A stretch of 64,000 nt of DNA from Ascidiella aspersa. Taxonomy: Eukaryota. Where the stretch lies: the NCBI GenBank assembly GCA_963924565.1, contig OZ004610.1, positions 12,772,001 to 12,836,000 on the forward strand, read 5' to 3'. The position numbers and the translations under genes are program-made. The notes beneath the pieces were generated by a model, which had not been told where the DNA came from, did not search any database, and worked only from the letters and a program-made list of their open reading frames with translations. Below, piece by piece: positions 30,701 to 45,700 of the stretch. Position 1 is the first letter of the stretch. The number at the start of each line of letters is the position of its first letter.

Positions 30701-33700
30701 ATATCTCCCAAGCTGAAAAGTGTATGTCGCTTTGTACAACACACAGTGAATTTTAAACTTTTCATAAAAACATATTTTTTTATTGAACGTTCGAGTAAAC
30801 AGAGTGCTGAACATATCATTTTTAGAGGCATGATACCCAAAAGCTAATCACGTACACAGTTAGGTCGGAACAAAAAATGTCAATTATTCGGCGAAGCCGG
30901 CCAAGTGGCAGTGTGCGTTAACTTTAAGAGGGGCGCTTGGCTGAAACTATTAGCGGCGGGGTCTTAACCAAACATGCCACGCACATCTGACGGGCGACTT
31001 TGTCGAACGGAATCCCGAACGAGCGGAGTGACGCGGATAGGAGAGATAAGGCTTTCCTCTCGAGGCGGGGAAAATAGCGAAACAAAAATGGTTTAGATTT
31101 ATGGGTTTATGAAGTCGGGAACCATATAATTCGTGCCACGGCTGAAAATGTAAATATTGAAACGACGCGCGATGCTACGTTCTGTTAGCTTTTTTGAATA
31201 TTTTTTAAACGGCTAAACTCAATTGTTCAATATAGCAAAAAAAATGACCGAGGCGGGCAAACACTTGACGGATAACACTATCTGGTTATAACGTCATCAC
31301 AGTTAAAACGGTTTTGCAGTTTAACGTTGGTCGGGCACAAACATCCACAACGCACAAAAAACGATAAGACAATGACAAACAGAAGAAATGACTTTTGCCC
31401 ACAATGACCATCGGTCGGTGCCACACCGTTTCCGTCGGCTGAACAAACGAAACGTCATCGCACGCCCGTGAGTGACGCGTTGACGCCGCTGACAAGTGGC
31501 TTGTCTCTGGACTTAGTTCTTGCGCAAGATTTGTGGACTCACTGTGTGTCTATTTTCCATTGGGGTCATAGTTTTACGAGGGATTGCATAATGACTGTCG
31601 ACGGGCTTCGTCAGTAAAGCGACCGCAAATTCGTATCTGGTTGATGTTTGGGAGCCGACCTAATGGCGCACACCTAGGCGCACACCTAGGATTATTTTAA
31701 GCTAGGATTTACCCGGGTAACGGGCACATATCTCTTTGGTTAAGATGTCTTTCACAACATCGGTATCTGGGCGTTTCTCAAAAAGCGTTAAATGTATACA
31801 ATTTCGGCCAAGAACCACAAGGGGTATTGTGTTTAGAAATGCTCAAATATAATATAGCAACTAAAATATAGCTTAACTAAAATAGAGCTCAACTAAAATA
31901 TAGCTCAGCTAAAATAAATAATGCGCATCTATACAAAGTCATTCTCTAGATCAAGGGTCTCAAACACGCGGCCCGCGGGCCGCATGCGGCCCGCGAGAAC
32001 ATTTTGTGCGGCCCGTGTCGAAATTTGAATTTTCAAGTATTGACAATATTTAAGTGCCACATATCTTCTTTTATCAGATTTGAAAGTTAAAATTCACTCT
32101 AAATTTGCTTCAAAAACCTGAAACTACTCACCAAACTTCACTGTCATATCACTTTCAAACGCTACCATTTATGCGGTAAAAGATCTACTATTACGTCACA
32201 TTGCCTATTCAACTCTGTTCATTTGTCACAATAACGCTGGAAAGCGCGCCAGTCAGGTGTTTGTGTAATTGGTCATCTCATAATATATAAATTGATTGTC
32301 GAGTTGTAGGCTAGCGGCTAGCCTAGTATTGAATAAATAGCTATAGTTTAAAAAGCTAAATAACACTTGTCTTTTGCTTCAATAATGAGAAAAATCACAT
32401 ACGAAAGAAAATTTTTTCAAGATAGGTGGGAAGAGTTGTATTTTGTCACCGCGGTCAGAGGTGCTAGTTATTGCCTTATTTGCCGGCAGAAGATCGCTGT
32501 TATGAAGAAGTATAACAAGGGTTTGCACTTCGAAACAATGCACCGCGATAAATAAGATGCTTACCAGGGCAAAGTAAAAAAATAAAAAGTTAAACAACTG
32601 AAACCAGCATTTTGCAAACAAAGAAGTTTCTTTGCCAATATTAGGCAGTCCACATCTGCAGGCAACTCTAAGATTTGTTTCTGCTGACAATTTGAAGCCC
32701 AATATCGAGGTCCTTGTTGATAAACGCTGCCAGTAAAGTAGCCAGAACCAATAACTATAGCCAAAAATCAGCCTACACGTGTTTATATTTTATTGTGTCC
32801 ATTATGGGTTCTTAATGGTTGAAATTTTATTGTGAATTGCGGCCCTTGGGCATTTTACACGTCCTCATTTGGCCCTTAGAGCAATTTGAGTTTGAGACCC
32901 TTGCTCTAGATAAAACAGAGGTCAAATATACTGTAATACCAAATATATTTTCGTTCGCTTTATTTAACTTTTCACTTCGCCTCATTTGGTTTGTTTTGTT
33001 GTCTTTCTACTTTTTTTCACTTATTACCACTAATTGGTTAACGCCTTTGTTTTGTTGCTAAGGGCAATTCCTAAACGAGAGAACTCGGGCAGTCTCGTTT
33101 TGAACGTGTTGTGGTGCACTGTTTTCTTTTTTATTGGCAAGCGAGCTAGCGTACGCGCTAGCCGCTGTGCTACAGTTTGCGCTTAGTGTTGGCGTTCGAG
33201 CCACACGAACATACTGGAGAAATAATAACGTTTAACTTGAGTGCGGCATCCGGTCAGTGACAGGCCGTCAAAGCAGTGAAAAAGAAATGGCGCAACAATA
33301 CTATACAAATTTAAAGCATTGTTTATCAGGACATTAAAAGAAACACGAGTGTTGTAACGTGTTATTTAATTACACGCGTTTTTTATACCAATCGAAATTT
33401 CGCTTCACTCGGGACAAACATCAGGTGAAAAGTTGAAAATGAAAATAGCAAAGTTACGTAACCTATTGAAACACTTGTTAATAGTTAACTGTGCTATTGT
33501 GCCATTTAGTTACTGGTCAATTTTCCACCAACTCGTAAACACGCGGAGGACAAAGGTTGTTCGATCACGGTTGCATTTTTTCGGCATACTTGAGCTATTT
33601 AATGTTAGCGCAAAAAAAAAAGGAGAAAACCTATTTTTAAATCATAAAACTGCGCCTGTTACAGAGTGGTATGCGTGCGGGTGGCTTAAACCTACGGATA

Positions 33701-36700
33701 AAAGTCAGCAAAAAACGGTGATACGACAACCTTTTGAGGACAGGAAAATAGTAGAGGCACCGGGGCGTAAAATTTGGGCAAGTTTTTTTTTTTGTGGTGG
33801 GGTAAGCCCAGCGGCTCTCGAAAATCATTGTGCAACCCTGTAACGAAACTCTCCCACCACTGAACTTCAAAAGGTCTACGTGCCGGCTTTATAACGTGAC
33901 GTATAGCTTCGTTAAAAATAGAAGAAACCTTGGGTTGTTTAGTGTTGCGAAACAACTTCTGGTCACGTTTAAAATTAGTATATACCGAACGCAAAAAAAG
34001 AAGAAATTAGGACCTGCGACTAAAAACACTTTTTGTAATTTAGTGCTACATATGAAAACATCGTATGTTTGTTTTAACAACGCATAGTTTCAATTGTCAA
34101 TTTTGTAATCAATTTTTTTTTTTTAAACACTGCGGCCAAACATTATTATTTGAAACATAAAACGCAACCAAGCATAGCAAATAACCACGCTGTCTTTTTC
34201 CAATGTTATGTTATGTGTGTTGTGGTGTTGCCAAAACACGGCCTTTGTGTCGATAAAAGAATGTCTTGGACAAAGTCGTCGGCCCATTAATAAAAGCTTC
34301 TCGGCCGAGTCGCGCAGGGCCCACCTTGTCTTGAGTCAAATTAATTTAATTCGGCTTGAACGGGTAAAATACTCGTCGGGTTTTGTTACTCAAGACATTG
34401 CAATGGAGTTACAGGGAGATTTCCCAAATTTATCTTTCACAAAAATTGTTCAAAGAGAAATCAGATAGGCACATGTCCAGATTACCTAACCATATTAATA
34501 TTTTAACTTGTTCGCACTTCAAAGCAGATGCAAGAAAAAACATGAAAACTGCAACTTTCTATAACGTACGATTAAACAGACGTCAATGATGATTCATTTT
34601 TTCAGAAAATAAAAAAAAAACGTGACGAAAAAAAGGAGTGGCGGATTAGGCATCTTATGGCGCCCAAACGAAGCAGTCGAGGGGCAAAGGAACGCTGCCG
34701 GTTAAAATTAAAATTTGCTGAAAAGGAAAGCCGGGCTATTTAAAAGAAAAAAAAAGAACCCGAATCTAATTGTACGCTCAAGACAGCCTAGTCAACACCA
34801 CACTTTGGGAAGTAAGGAATCTCCCGCAGACAATAAAATGTAAAAGAACAATTCTTGTTTTCGTATCAGTATGATCTTAAAACTGTTTATAATAACAGGT
34901 AAAATATTAAATCATTTATTAAAATTTTACACAAATATAGAAATCAGAAATTCTAGAATCAGAATTTAATTTAAATAAGAATGCCTTATAGGCGAAATAT
35001 ATATTTTCTGGAAAGAAAAGATTTTTTAGTCTTAAGATCTAGTCAACACTTTTAGGTTCAATTTTTAACCATAAGTCACCTCCCAGGCGTGCGTGCACTC
35101 GATGTGCAGGTGGTTGGTAACGCAACGTCCCAGCTCCACATCTTCCTCCTTTGACACCACCTCCTCCATGCAGTGGTCGATGTGCGGACACATTTCTGAG
35201 AAAAAATAACAATTTTTTCATGGTGTGTCTTTAATATGTATTTAGCTTTTCTAAACCGTGGACAAAATTCACCTTATTTGTTAAAACAAGTTTAAATATC
35301 ATGTTTCAAATGGCTTGTATAGTTACGATTAAACGCTGTATCTCGCCTTGATGCATGATGGTTTTTATGAAAATAAACCAACAAATGCACTTTACAACCT
35401 TATGCAATACTGCCGAGTGCCGATGCCTCCTAAGGAAACAGGGTGACGGCAGAAATATTTTAAGGCAATTCAAACTGTCCCACTCATTTGCATACGAACG
35501 ATCTTAAAATGTCAAAACAATGAAAAATCTTAGGTTAAAAGGTCGTCGTATAATTCGCGTTGAAATTCCGAGAAAAAAAAACTGTAACGGAAAAAAAATT
35601 TCGCAAAAAAATGACGACTAAACATAAGGCTAAACATGAAAACAGTGACGGCGTTACCAAATCGACGTTTTTTTCGGGGAACTGCTGCCATTTAAAGTGT
35701 GCTTCGCGCTGATTACAGTTACGCGACGGTGACGCCATAATGGCTAAACATGTTTTGTTACACCGCTACGAGGCAGGCGACTAACGACGAAAAATTTGTC
35801 CACGCGGCCGACGCGTGGTTAGCAGACCCAGTACAGAGCACGTGTGCTCTCGTTGGTCTGAATGTTTTGGTATTATAGATTATTTTGATTTAGATATTGT
35901 TGCTTTGTAGGTCTTACTGTGTGTTCCCGTAGATTTTACTAGACCAGACCGCTGAGAGCCGTTCACATTACCTATAAACCTATACAATTACAAGGCAATT
36001 AACTGACCTTACTCAAACTTGTGGCCAGTCACGTCTAGGTCCACCAAACACTATTTGCAGTCCACTCGAAAATGTCAGAAAAGATAACACGGCAATTTCA
36101 AAAATATGGTACTGACGGTTTTAAAAATAAACCGTATGTTTGCCAATAACTGTTATCATTGTTTTAACACCTTAATATAACACTTTATACTACTAAAAAA
36201 ACACGTCTTGGAATATGAGTAAATGCCATTTGCTACACTGATTTATGACCGGGCTCGCACTTTAGGCAAACAAGAAAGGGCGTAGAATTACACACAAAGC
36301 ACTGACTTAGACTCAGAGTCAGAGATGTATTGTGTCGACGGTGACAGAAGACAAACAAAGACCAAGGAAAACCCCGACAACGAAAGAAAGCTCTTTTACG
36401 ATTCCCGTGCTTTATGATAAAGTAGAAAACGTATTTGCCACGCGGCGTCTAACCGTTGCATACCACCAAATTCTTTAAGCATTTTTTATGTACACCCGTG
36501 TTTTCTTAAGCCGTTTTCGGTTTAAAGTCTGACTTGACTTGGTAAATGAACGATTTTCGCGTGGGGGCGCGGTGCGATGGGTCAATGATTAACCTTAAAA
36601 CGATATAATACGGAGTGAAACTGATTGCATAGAGACATAGAACACAATGCTGGGTGGATAATTGCTGGTGGATTTACAAAGCAAATTATCCGGAAGCGAT

Positions 36701-39700
36701 TCGGTTAGAAATTTAACACCAGTATCATATGCGTTGTGAGTTGGCGTACAAACAACCACTTTAAACCGCCTTTAGTCAGCCTCAATTCCACGCGAACAAC
36801 GTTAGTATAAAAGCAAGGAGACTCGCTAATGGCTAAATTTTGACTGAAGAATTCCGCTGCTCACCTGATTGGTATGACAACCAGTTTAGGACGTAAGAAA
36901 CACATGTGTACAGTGGAGTTGAAAAATGCACGAAAAAAATGTTTCAGTTTTAAGGTGAGTAAGCCACTATTGGAAATGTGTAAATGCCATTACCCATTGA
37001 CGAGCTAATTATTCCAGAAGCAATTTGCTAATCTCCTACGATAACTGAGTCATATGCGACCTTTTACGGTGGGTTTGATAAATAACATTGATATTTATAG
37101 AACGGCGAAAACAAATATAAGTTTCATCGCTTTGCTGCGGTCGAACATTAAACTCAATCGAACATTAAACACAAGAAGGTGGATTAGTCATTATCACGCA
37201 GTAAATTGGCACGTGCTGTAAATTAAACACTTCTGGTTATTCTAAAATACTTCAGTTTGCCTTTTTTACACACCACTTCTTAATGATTACGATTTAATGG
37301 TACGACAACGAACCTAGCATAGCTCTCCTGTTGAACAGCACCCCGGGACCGCCCATGCAGAAGTTGTGACCGTTCAGACCAAGCTTTTCGCGGACTTCAG
37401 GCACTCCGTGGCCCGGCTGGCCCATGTAGATCTGAAACAAAACAAGTGGAATTTAAAATATGAAGTGCAGTGTGGGAAGCGATCGTTTTAATGTTTTGAG
37501 ATATGACATAAAACGTTTTTTAGTCTCCAGTAACAGAATATAGTTCCTAGCACAATATGGTTGAGCGTTTTTACGAACCCCATATTAATAAACAGGTCGT
37601 GGACAGCACTCAAGTTTGAATCTATTAAACAAACCTTGGCCTAAAACTTTTTCATAAAACAATGCTGTAAATATTTAGCAAAATGTTCAGGCGAAAAAAC
37701 TAGCAAAAAAACCGGGGCATACCATTTGCAACATTTTTTTGCTTTTGTTTTTGTAACCAAAAACCTATAGTATCGCGCAATACATTCAACCCATTTCACG
37801 CAAACTTTGTTTGAAATAACGACGTAAGTACATAATTATAGTTTCTATCGCCGGTAAAATGTTTTCGGTGCGTATTACAAGTCACTAAGGTGATTTCAAC
37901 ATAATTGCTTTCTTTGCCAGAAGTCCGAGACTGACACACTTTGACGCAGTAAACGTAAGGAGAAGGGGACAGAAAATTGGTTTATTGTAATGGCGGAAGA
38001 AATGGAAGAAAAGAACAAACATTCCTGTTTAACAATGGCATAACTTTAAACAAACCGAGCGAACAAAAGAAACATGGTCGTCTATTACATGCTCATGAAA
38101 GCCATTTGAAGTTAATAACGAGTAATTTATTTGACAAGCGATTCGTTCAAAAATGACATTGTTGCTAACTAACAAAAATTATGAAATTTTGCATAGATCA
38201 TGTTTGCGTTCGGTTTTCGGGGTGCTTAGACCGTTCGCATCAAAAAGCAGCGAAGTTTAATTGTTAAAAAAATCTTTTTTACATAAAGTAGCCAGTGTAC
38301 GTTCTTGATTTTACAGAAAACTATCAGGACAAGATCGGACAAGTGTAAATTATTTTTCTGCAGAAAACCTCTTTTTCAAAAGAATGCCAACTTCGCGTAA
38401 AAAAAATATATAATATAATATATAATTAGGTCTCATTGCGATTTGTATGTTTATTTGCAAGGCTGTTTCACAACAAATCTATCCACACAGCGAACCAGCA
38501 AGAAACGAAGAGAAAAGCTAATAGTCGAAATATTGGACGGGATTTTTTTTAAATAGTGGCCCGAACAGTTTTGTTTTGTAATTTAAAGCTTATCCTCAAG
38601 ACCTCAGATTCAATCTGATTTGAATTCCTGTTAATAACACACAAAATACGTTTAGACGGCGTCGATGAATAAAGGGAACAGAGTTTAACAATTGATACCG
38701 CAGGGTACGTTGAAAAACTGACAAAAAATGTTTTTGGGTAAATAATGCTTGCCCCAAAGCTCAACGTGCGCCACCTGCTAAATTATGGAGGCACAAAAGC
38801 GAGCGGCCCAAAATCGATGCGGCGTATTTTGGCACACAAGAAATTATGCGTCAAAGTACGCTAAAAGCACAATGTGCACAAACGGAGGCCTGTTTTCCAG
38901 ATGGCCGATAGGTTTAAAGAACGGGTTTGCCGCTTCACAACGCCCTGACGTATATGTAGCACGATAACAACGGCAGGTAGCCAGGTCACTCGAAACGCAT
39001 GGGCGGTCGTGCGCGACCGATCAACGAGCCACTTTTATTCGATGGCCGGTTTTCGTTTTGTATGAGGTGAGCTAATATTTCGAGGCACAAAAGGCATGAC
39101 GCAATGCACGTTGATTATAACGTAGGTGATTTTATTTCACGCCGCGGCGTCAAATACCACACAAAATATTCTCGCAATGTAAACGATTTTTCCACAAACA
39201 ACTTACAAGCGATTTCAAATGAACGTTCCAGAATCCAGACCTTGTACGAATTTCGTTGTCCAAAAAAAGGGTTAAATTATTATCAATAATTAAGTTGGAA
39301 ATTACTTTGAAAACAAAAGTGTTAAAAATACATTCGACAAATTAGCATACACTTTTTGTTGCCTTTTACTATCACAGAGCTGTGCAATTTCTTAAGGATC
39401 ACAATTCACAGCGCTTTTGAAAATAAATAAGATACACTGGGATTATTTTTAGTCGACCGGTTGAGCCACGTAGCCTATTATAAGGGAAATTCAGCGGGTC
39501 AAACGAAACGTCGTAAAAAAACGTTTTACGACGGCTGAAAAAGCGAAGTTTTTATGGCTTTGAATGATTGGTGAAACGCCCGACTTGCGGTTAGTGTCGA
39601 ACCAACATGGCTGTGTTCACAAGGCATAATGATGTTATTAGTTTCTTTATGGCCAACTTCCGAGCATTGACGATGTTTGTGATTTTTGCCAAGACAACGG

Positions 39701-42700
39701 ACCAGTAAGCGACAAGTTTAGACTTGGATGACACAATAAGCCAGAGCTGCAATTTAGCTACATTGATCTCACGTACAATAAAGGATCAAATTCCTACAGT
39801 CGTTACATGTCTTCACACTGCACATATTCTCGCGTAAAACTTTACAGTTAGAAACAATAGAGAAAGTGTTTGCCCAAGGAAAACAAGAATCGTTGGTACA
39901 AGAGCAGTGATTCTCACACTTTTTGAACAGGTACCCACATCTCTTAAAAAAATGTCAGGTCCAACCAAATGCCAGAACTATATTACACGTAATAAAGCTA
40001 TGTTTACCTCTATAACTACAGAAACATACATGCTTCACCAAATTTAGCAAAGTACCCATCCACTTCGAGAACAGCTATACTAGCGTGTGTGTCGGACAAT
40101 TTAGTGTTCAACAGAGGAAAATATAATCCACAGTGATCAACTCAAATAAAGCGGTAAGGCGCTAACTGTTTTCCCGTTGTACAAAGCGAGGTTTGAATAT
40201 GAAAACCGAAAATTACCGGGTTGTTGTCGGGAAGAAGCACTCCCATCGACAATATGAGAGCAATAAAACGCCAGTCAATAACCGAACAACAAACGCGTAT
40301 CTTGGGTAGTACATACAATAACTTCATAGGAGACCATTTCGTTGTGCGTTTTTGTGTTTTTTGTTCGGGGTAAAAAAAGGAAAAGCAAAGCTATACATGG
40401 CGTGAGTTTATTAACAAAAAAAAATTAAAAATTTAGCTGCGCAAGTGGGGAGCGGGTCGTATAGAGGTGAAACTGACCCTACGAAAGAAATACGCCCGTT
40501 GTGCGCTATTATACCAAGCTCAAGGCTAACTAACTGATTAAAAAATGTCGCAAAGAAGTGTGGCGCAAAACCGGAAAATCAGGCACGATTCGACGAGAAC
40601 CAACTGGTCTGTTGAGTGTTATCGAAGTGTCTAGCGAAACCTAAACAATCGAGACGGGTCCGACCAGATTCTGCCCCTCCCATTGCGTGTAAAGTTGCAT
40701 GATATCGAGTAAATAGAAGGGTGGCCGAGCTGACGATTTGACGCATTTGTAAACAATGGTTCCGTCAGCAGCCGACCTCTCACCGCAAGACGTAAATGTG
40801 CTATCTTCATCAGAAGACGCCGGCCTACGACTTTTTGGATCGATGAGCGATTTTTGCATGCGTGCTACAAATGTTGCTGCAAAAACGCCCAAGGACCGAA
40901 ATAAACGAAGTTAAGTTCGTAAAAAAAAAAAAAACATTAAATTACTGCAAAGATTTACAATATTAACTTATACTAATTTTTTGGGTGTTAATTTGACAAC
41001 ATTGAAAAAATGGTTAAAAGGGATTCAAAACAACCACTAAGGTTAAAAAAAATCTAATACAACTTTATTAAAATACAGAGTACTGCAGTTATGCCAAAAT
41101 CGGCATAATCACTTCTGCTAAATTCTAATATAGTGAAAATAAGGGTATAGAATATTTCGACAAAAAGTATAGAAATTAGTAACAGGCAATCGTCGACAAA
41201 AAATCTCACAAAAATGTAAGGGCGACGTGGTCGTTTGGTGGTTGACAGTGCACAAAAGGCAGACAATTAAGCGGAACTACTACTGGGCACAACCGTCTAG
41301 GTATCGCGATCACGAATGGAGAGAAAATAGTTGGAATTGCGCGGCGGCGCAAAACCAAACAATGGGATGGGCAGTTGGGCACACTGACCGAAAGGACGCG
41401 GCCGGACTGAGTCGTTGATACAACAGTAATCCGAAACCGGTCAGGCCAGAGGCGAAGTTGGGCAAACAACCATGTCTGAATGGAGCGTTGTTTTAAACAT
41501 CTTTGGGGCCCGGGCGCCGTGGCAACAGGCGAAAAAGACTCTGACCTTCTAACTTAAAATACTTAACAGTTCCTAAAAGGCTAAAATTCCGCATTAGAAG
41601 CCAAAAACGAAGCCATATATATCGAACTTTAAATACAATATGATTAGGCTTCGCTACGTATGAAGTTAAATCTGAGCTGTTTTGGGGTTAAATCTGAGCT
41701 GTTTTGCAACCTAAAGCTAATCATTGTTTGTCGCTTTAAAACGTTTTTTCGCGGTAATGCGTTATCTTGTGTCTGTTCATCCACACGTCAAGAAGCAAGA
41801 TTGAAGACCAGAAACAAACATCAAACGTCATAACCGCTTACACTGATATACAGTGCGCCATAGGGTCGGGTTAGTGTTGCCGCCGAAGCAATACCACTGG
41901 CTGGTCGTGGCTGCTGCTACTGTGAACAGAAACAAAAGCGAAGCGCGCATCTCTAACGCCTGGACCGCGGTCTACAGGGGAAGCAACGGCAGCGCCGAAT
42001 TTGACCTCGCTGTTTTGCTGGTGCAGTTAAAAATGCAATACAAACAAGATCACGCGCCGCGGTGGTGGCTGTTCGTGCTGGCGGTGAATGTGGCGGGCAA
42101 AGAGGAACTGTGCATTGACGACCGTTGACGGGGAAATGCTGTCCGAGCTTGTCGCCACGAACCAGGGACACAGGTATTTCGACGTGAACAGAATATAAAT
42201 CACGTTGACCAAGGATCAAGGCTACACGCGACATACGGAAAATAAATTTTGAGGTAATGGTGGGACGCATATGTTGTTTCTACCAGTTGTAGTTTTATCT
42301 ATTAACTGCCACTTTAAACATAAGCAACGTACTCTTTTTTGCGTTGTTTTGGAAAGTGTCTACCTAAATATGTGTGGACAGGTCTTTGTTAAACCAAATA
42401 TTAGCACACACTGGTTCAGTGTTTTATAGCAGATTAATCCAGCTAATATAGTCAAAAAGGAAATTCATCTCTGTTTCACGCCCTTTAAGCCACCTTAAAA
42501 AAAACAGCCAGGCATGTTATTATCACAGGACAGAAAATACACTGAAAATGTAAACACGCGGTGGTAATAAGAAGGCGAATGCCGTTCGTCGCTGCTAAGT
42601 TGGATGGAACACTCGGTATAGCTGAGTGCAGATGGGCATGTGCTCAATGGTTATTACGAGCGGACATAAGCGCTAATACAAGCTCGATGAGGGTTACGGT

Positions 42701-45700
42701 AAAAGCACGTTTTAAGTGCCGGGCGAAAGTCGACAAAACCTCAAAGTGAGCTCCACCAATGTGAAGCGGACTCTGTAGTGCTGTTCAAATAGCATTGCCA
42801 CTGTTGTCTTATGCAACGAAATACCAAGTCATATGAAAGTGCGATGTTAGCAACCTACAGTCCAGCTGACTGCGATCCACCTGTCGTTATATGGCCTACA
42901 AAATAGCGTAACATTTTATTGACTCGTCAGCAAATAAATGGAAACGCAGTAAAATGCACTTGGCTTTCTAAGCGAACCTGATCCTAAATTACGCTTCGAA
43001 TCTGTTTTGCACGCGAGCACAACAGAAACTAGACGCTGTTTTGGGGCAACGCTGTGTAAACAAGATGTTGTATGTGCTGGTAAAATATGGTACAGTGAAC
43101 AACTAAGCGACACTGAATCGGGTTGAAAACCAGCCGAAGGCTAGACAAGTGTACAGCGGAAAGAGACGGAAAATCGATAATTTGGTTTAGATGTGCGACA
43201 TCGCACTTAGAATAAGATCTAACTAAGGGAAATTTCGTTTTGTTTTTCAGGTTGTTTTTCTACGACGTTTAGCACCTTAAATGCTATTGGAGGTCAATGG
43301 GGTGCTGTAAAAGTGCTTTGACCAGCAACCTCAACCCGCGTCAATCAATTTTGCACGGACACGGTGCTGTTAATTGTCTGTAATTAATCGCAATTGTTTG
43401 CCGCGATAGACAAATGGGGTAAAATGACGCGAGCAACGGTTGGCGAATTTTGTGGTCTTTTGAGTCTTAAACTTTACATAGGGAACAAACAAAGCGATGG
43501 CCCGCACCGCTCAGACAACAAAACAGTCAGTCGCTAGTGGGTAAACGGTTAAATCGTGAAATAATTGTTACAGTTTCGGTCGTTTAAAAAACAAACGCAC
43601 GCAAAGGACACCACAGAATACATCAAGTGGGATCTTCTTTCTACGTAGACTTAGCTTTAATGGAAGTTTAAAAACCTGAATAAGAAAACAATAAAACTAA
43701 AAAGTTCGCGATGGTTGACCAAAATCGCACTGAACAGATTCTATGCTTCTTACGCAACAAAGAGTGGGAAGCAGTAAATACCATCCTTATACAAATATAA
43801 CAAAAATGCCGCCGCCTATTGGTAACAGTCTATTGGAAAAACAGGAAAAAAGATTCAGTAAAACATAGAAGCAAGCCAGTATCCAAGGTCACGAAACAAG
43901 GCAAATGAAGTCTTTTCACAAAAACGGCCCCCCAAAAAAACAGTTTAAAATTATCACAATGGTGAGCGAAAAGAACGTACCATCTTGTCGCCATCGATTT
44001 GCGACAGAAATTTGCGAAGTCTTTCCACTCTAATGTAAACGTCGTCGTCGGCCCGGATAAACCACTCGAAGTTATCCAGGTGGTGTTTGCAGATGTGCTG
44101 CAACAAAATGTATGGATTGATGGATTTTGGGCACGCTTCCATATCGTGCAAAAGTATCATATTGGTTTGGGTTGGCGTAACATAAAAACAGACATGCACT
44201 GTTCGAAAGACAGTGATTGATCCAAGGTATCGATAGGCATTTTTTAGATACAGCATCGTTTAGTTACAATGTGTGTAAGATCACGGGCCATGATTATACA
44301 TGCCTAAAACTTCGCATTTTATTCCTGGATGGATACGCGATACTTTACGCAAAAAGTACGGCCGCCTGACGTAATTACTTGAATTGGACGTTAACAAAAA
44401 ATCGAATTCTCCATTTGCTAATAGCATAATACCTTGAGCATGGTAAACATCTTCCTTTGTGGCGGGTATTCCGTGTCACTTACGCCGTCCAGACTGACAA
44501 CTGGAACGTGGTATTTGTCAGGAGATCCGTTGGCCGCGAAAAACTCTAACTTGTCAACCTGCAAGACATGAAAACAAAAAACGAAATAAAAACTTCGCGA
44601 ATCACTAAGGATGCAGCTGTAAGAAACAAATCCAAAAGCATTTTAACTGAAAACTAGAAAGCTAAGTATATTACTTAACTGCGTAAACATAATCGTTATA
44701 TTTAAACCGACGATCAAAAAACAGTTTAAAAAATCGTTTTGTTTGTACATTGGTGAGGTTCTCACAGATTGCTGCTTTCATGAACTTGGAGCGTAAACAT
44801 AATCGTTATATTTAAACCGACGATCAAAAAATAGTTTAAAAAATCGTTTTGTTTGTACATTGGTGAGGTTCTCACAGATTGCTACTTTCATGAACTTGGA
44901 GCATAAATATGTAAGTTCCGAGTACACTACTTAGGTTACGAGTCCTTTGTAAGTTGTAACCCCTTTGTAATAGAAAACATATTTTTTTCTTAGAAGGTGA
45001 AATAGGCAAAGGTGACTTCATAACGCAAAAAGTAAAATGGCTGATCCTCTCGTTGCGTGCGCAGTAAAACGAGGCATGTGCAGCTATAAATTTCGCAAAT
45101 CACACATAACGAAGCCGATAAACGCGTTGACGCCCCACACAATATCTCGAAAAAACGAGAGGCCGGTTTCGCCGCTTACAGCTAAAAGCTTGAAATTGCC
45201 GCTGAGGATATTTCGAAGAAAAAAATCATGTAGCTTTACGAACGACCATGCGGAGGGAATATGTCTCAGTTATCTGCCTGTTAATAATTAATACATAACT
45301 AGCAGGCGCACCCAGGGTCGAGCTACAAAATCTATAAAGCAGCAGGAAAAGGGTAAAACCTGAAAATAACAATAGGGTAAACTCATAATAAAAGGCGATA
45401 GGTATAAGAATAAATAGCGTAAAGGGCCTTAACTATTGCGTTTAACGTAAGTTAACAAATTAAAAACAAAGCTCGGACCTGGGTTCCCCACGTGTTGTTT
45501 ACGGCCACAGACCGACTGGTCAGGAACTTCTCTGCCGTGATGACGCCAACAAATATCCGCGTTTTTAAGCGCACCTGGTTTTCCGCCTGTGAAACAATAA
45601 AGAATTGGTAAATTGTTTTTTGTCCATGACGTATTTTAAAGCTAATAAATTTTTTGTCAAACCTTCAAAATAATAAATAATACTAGAACCCAATATACAT

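Noticed and set aside
41853-42270. GC-rich intronic island with ORFs on both strands
   Set aside because: No homology recognised, and the glycosyltransferase is complete without it. It may be an enhancer, but I cannot support that.
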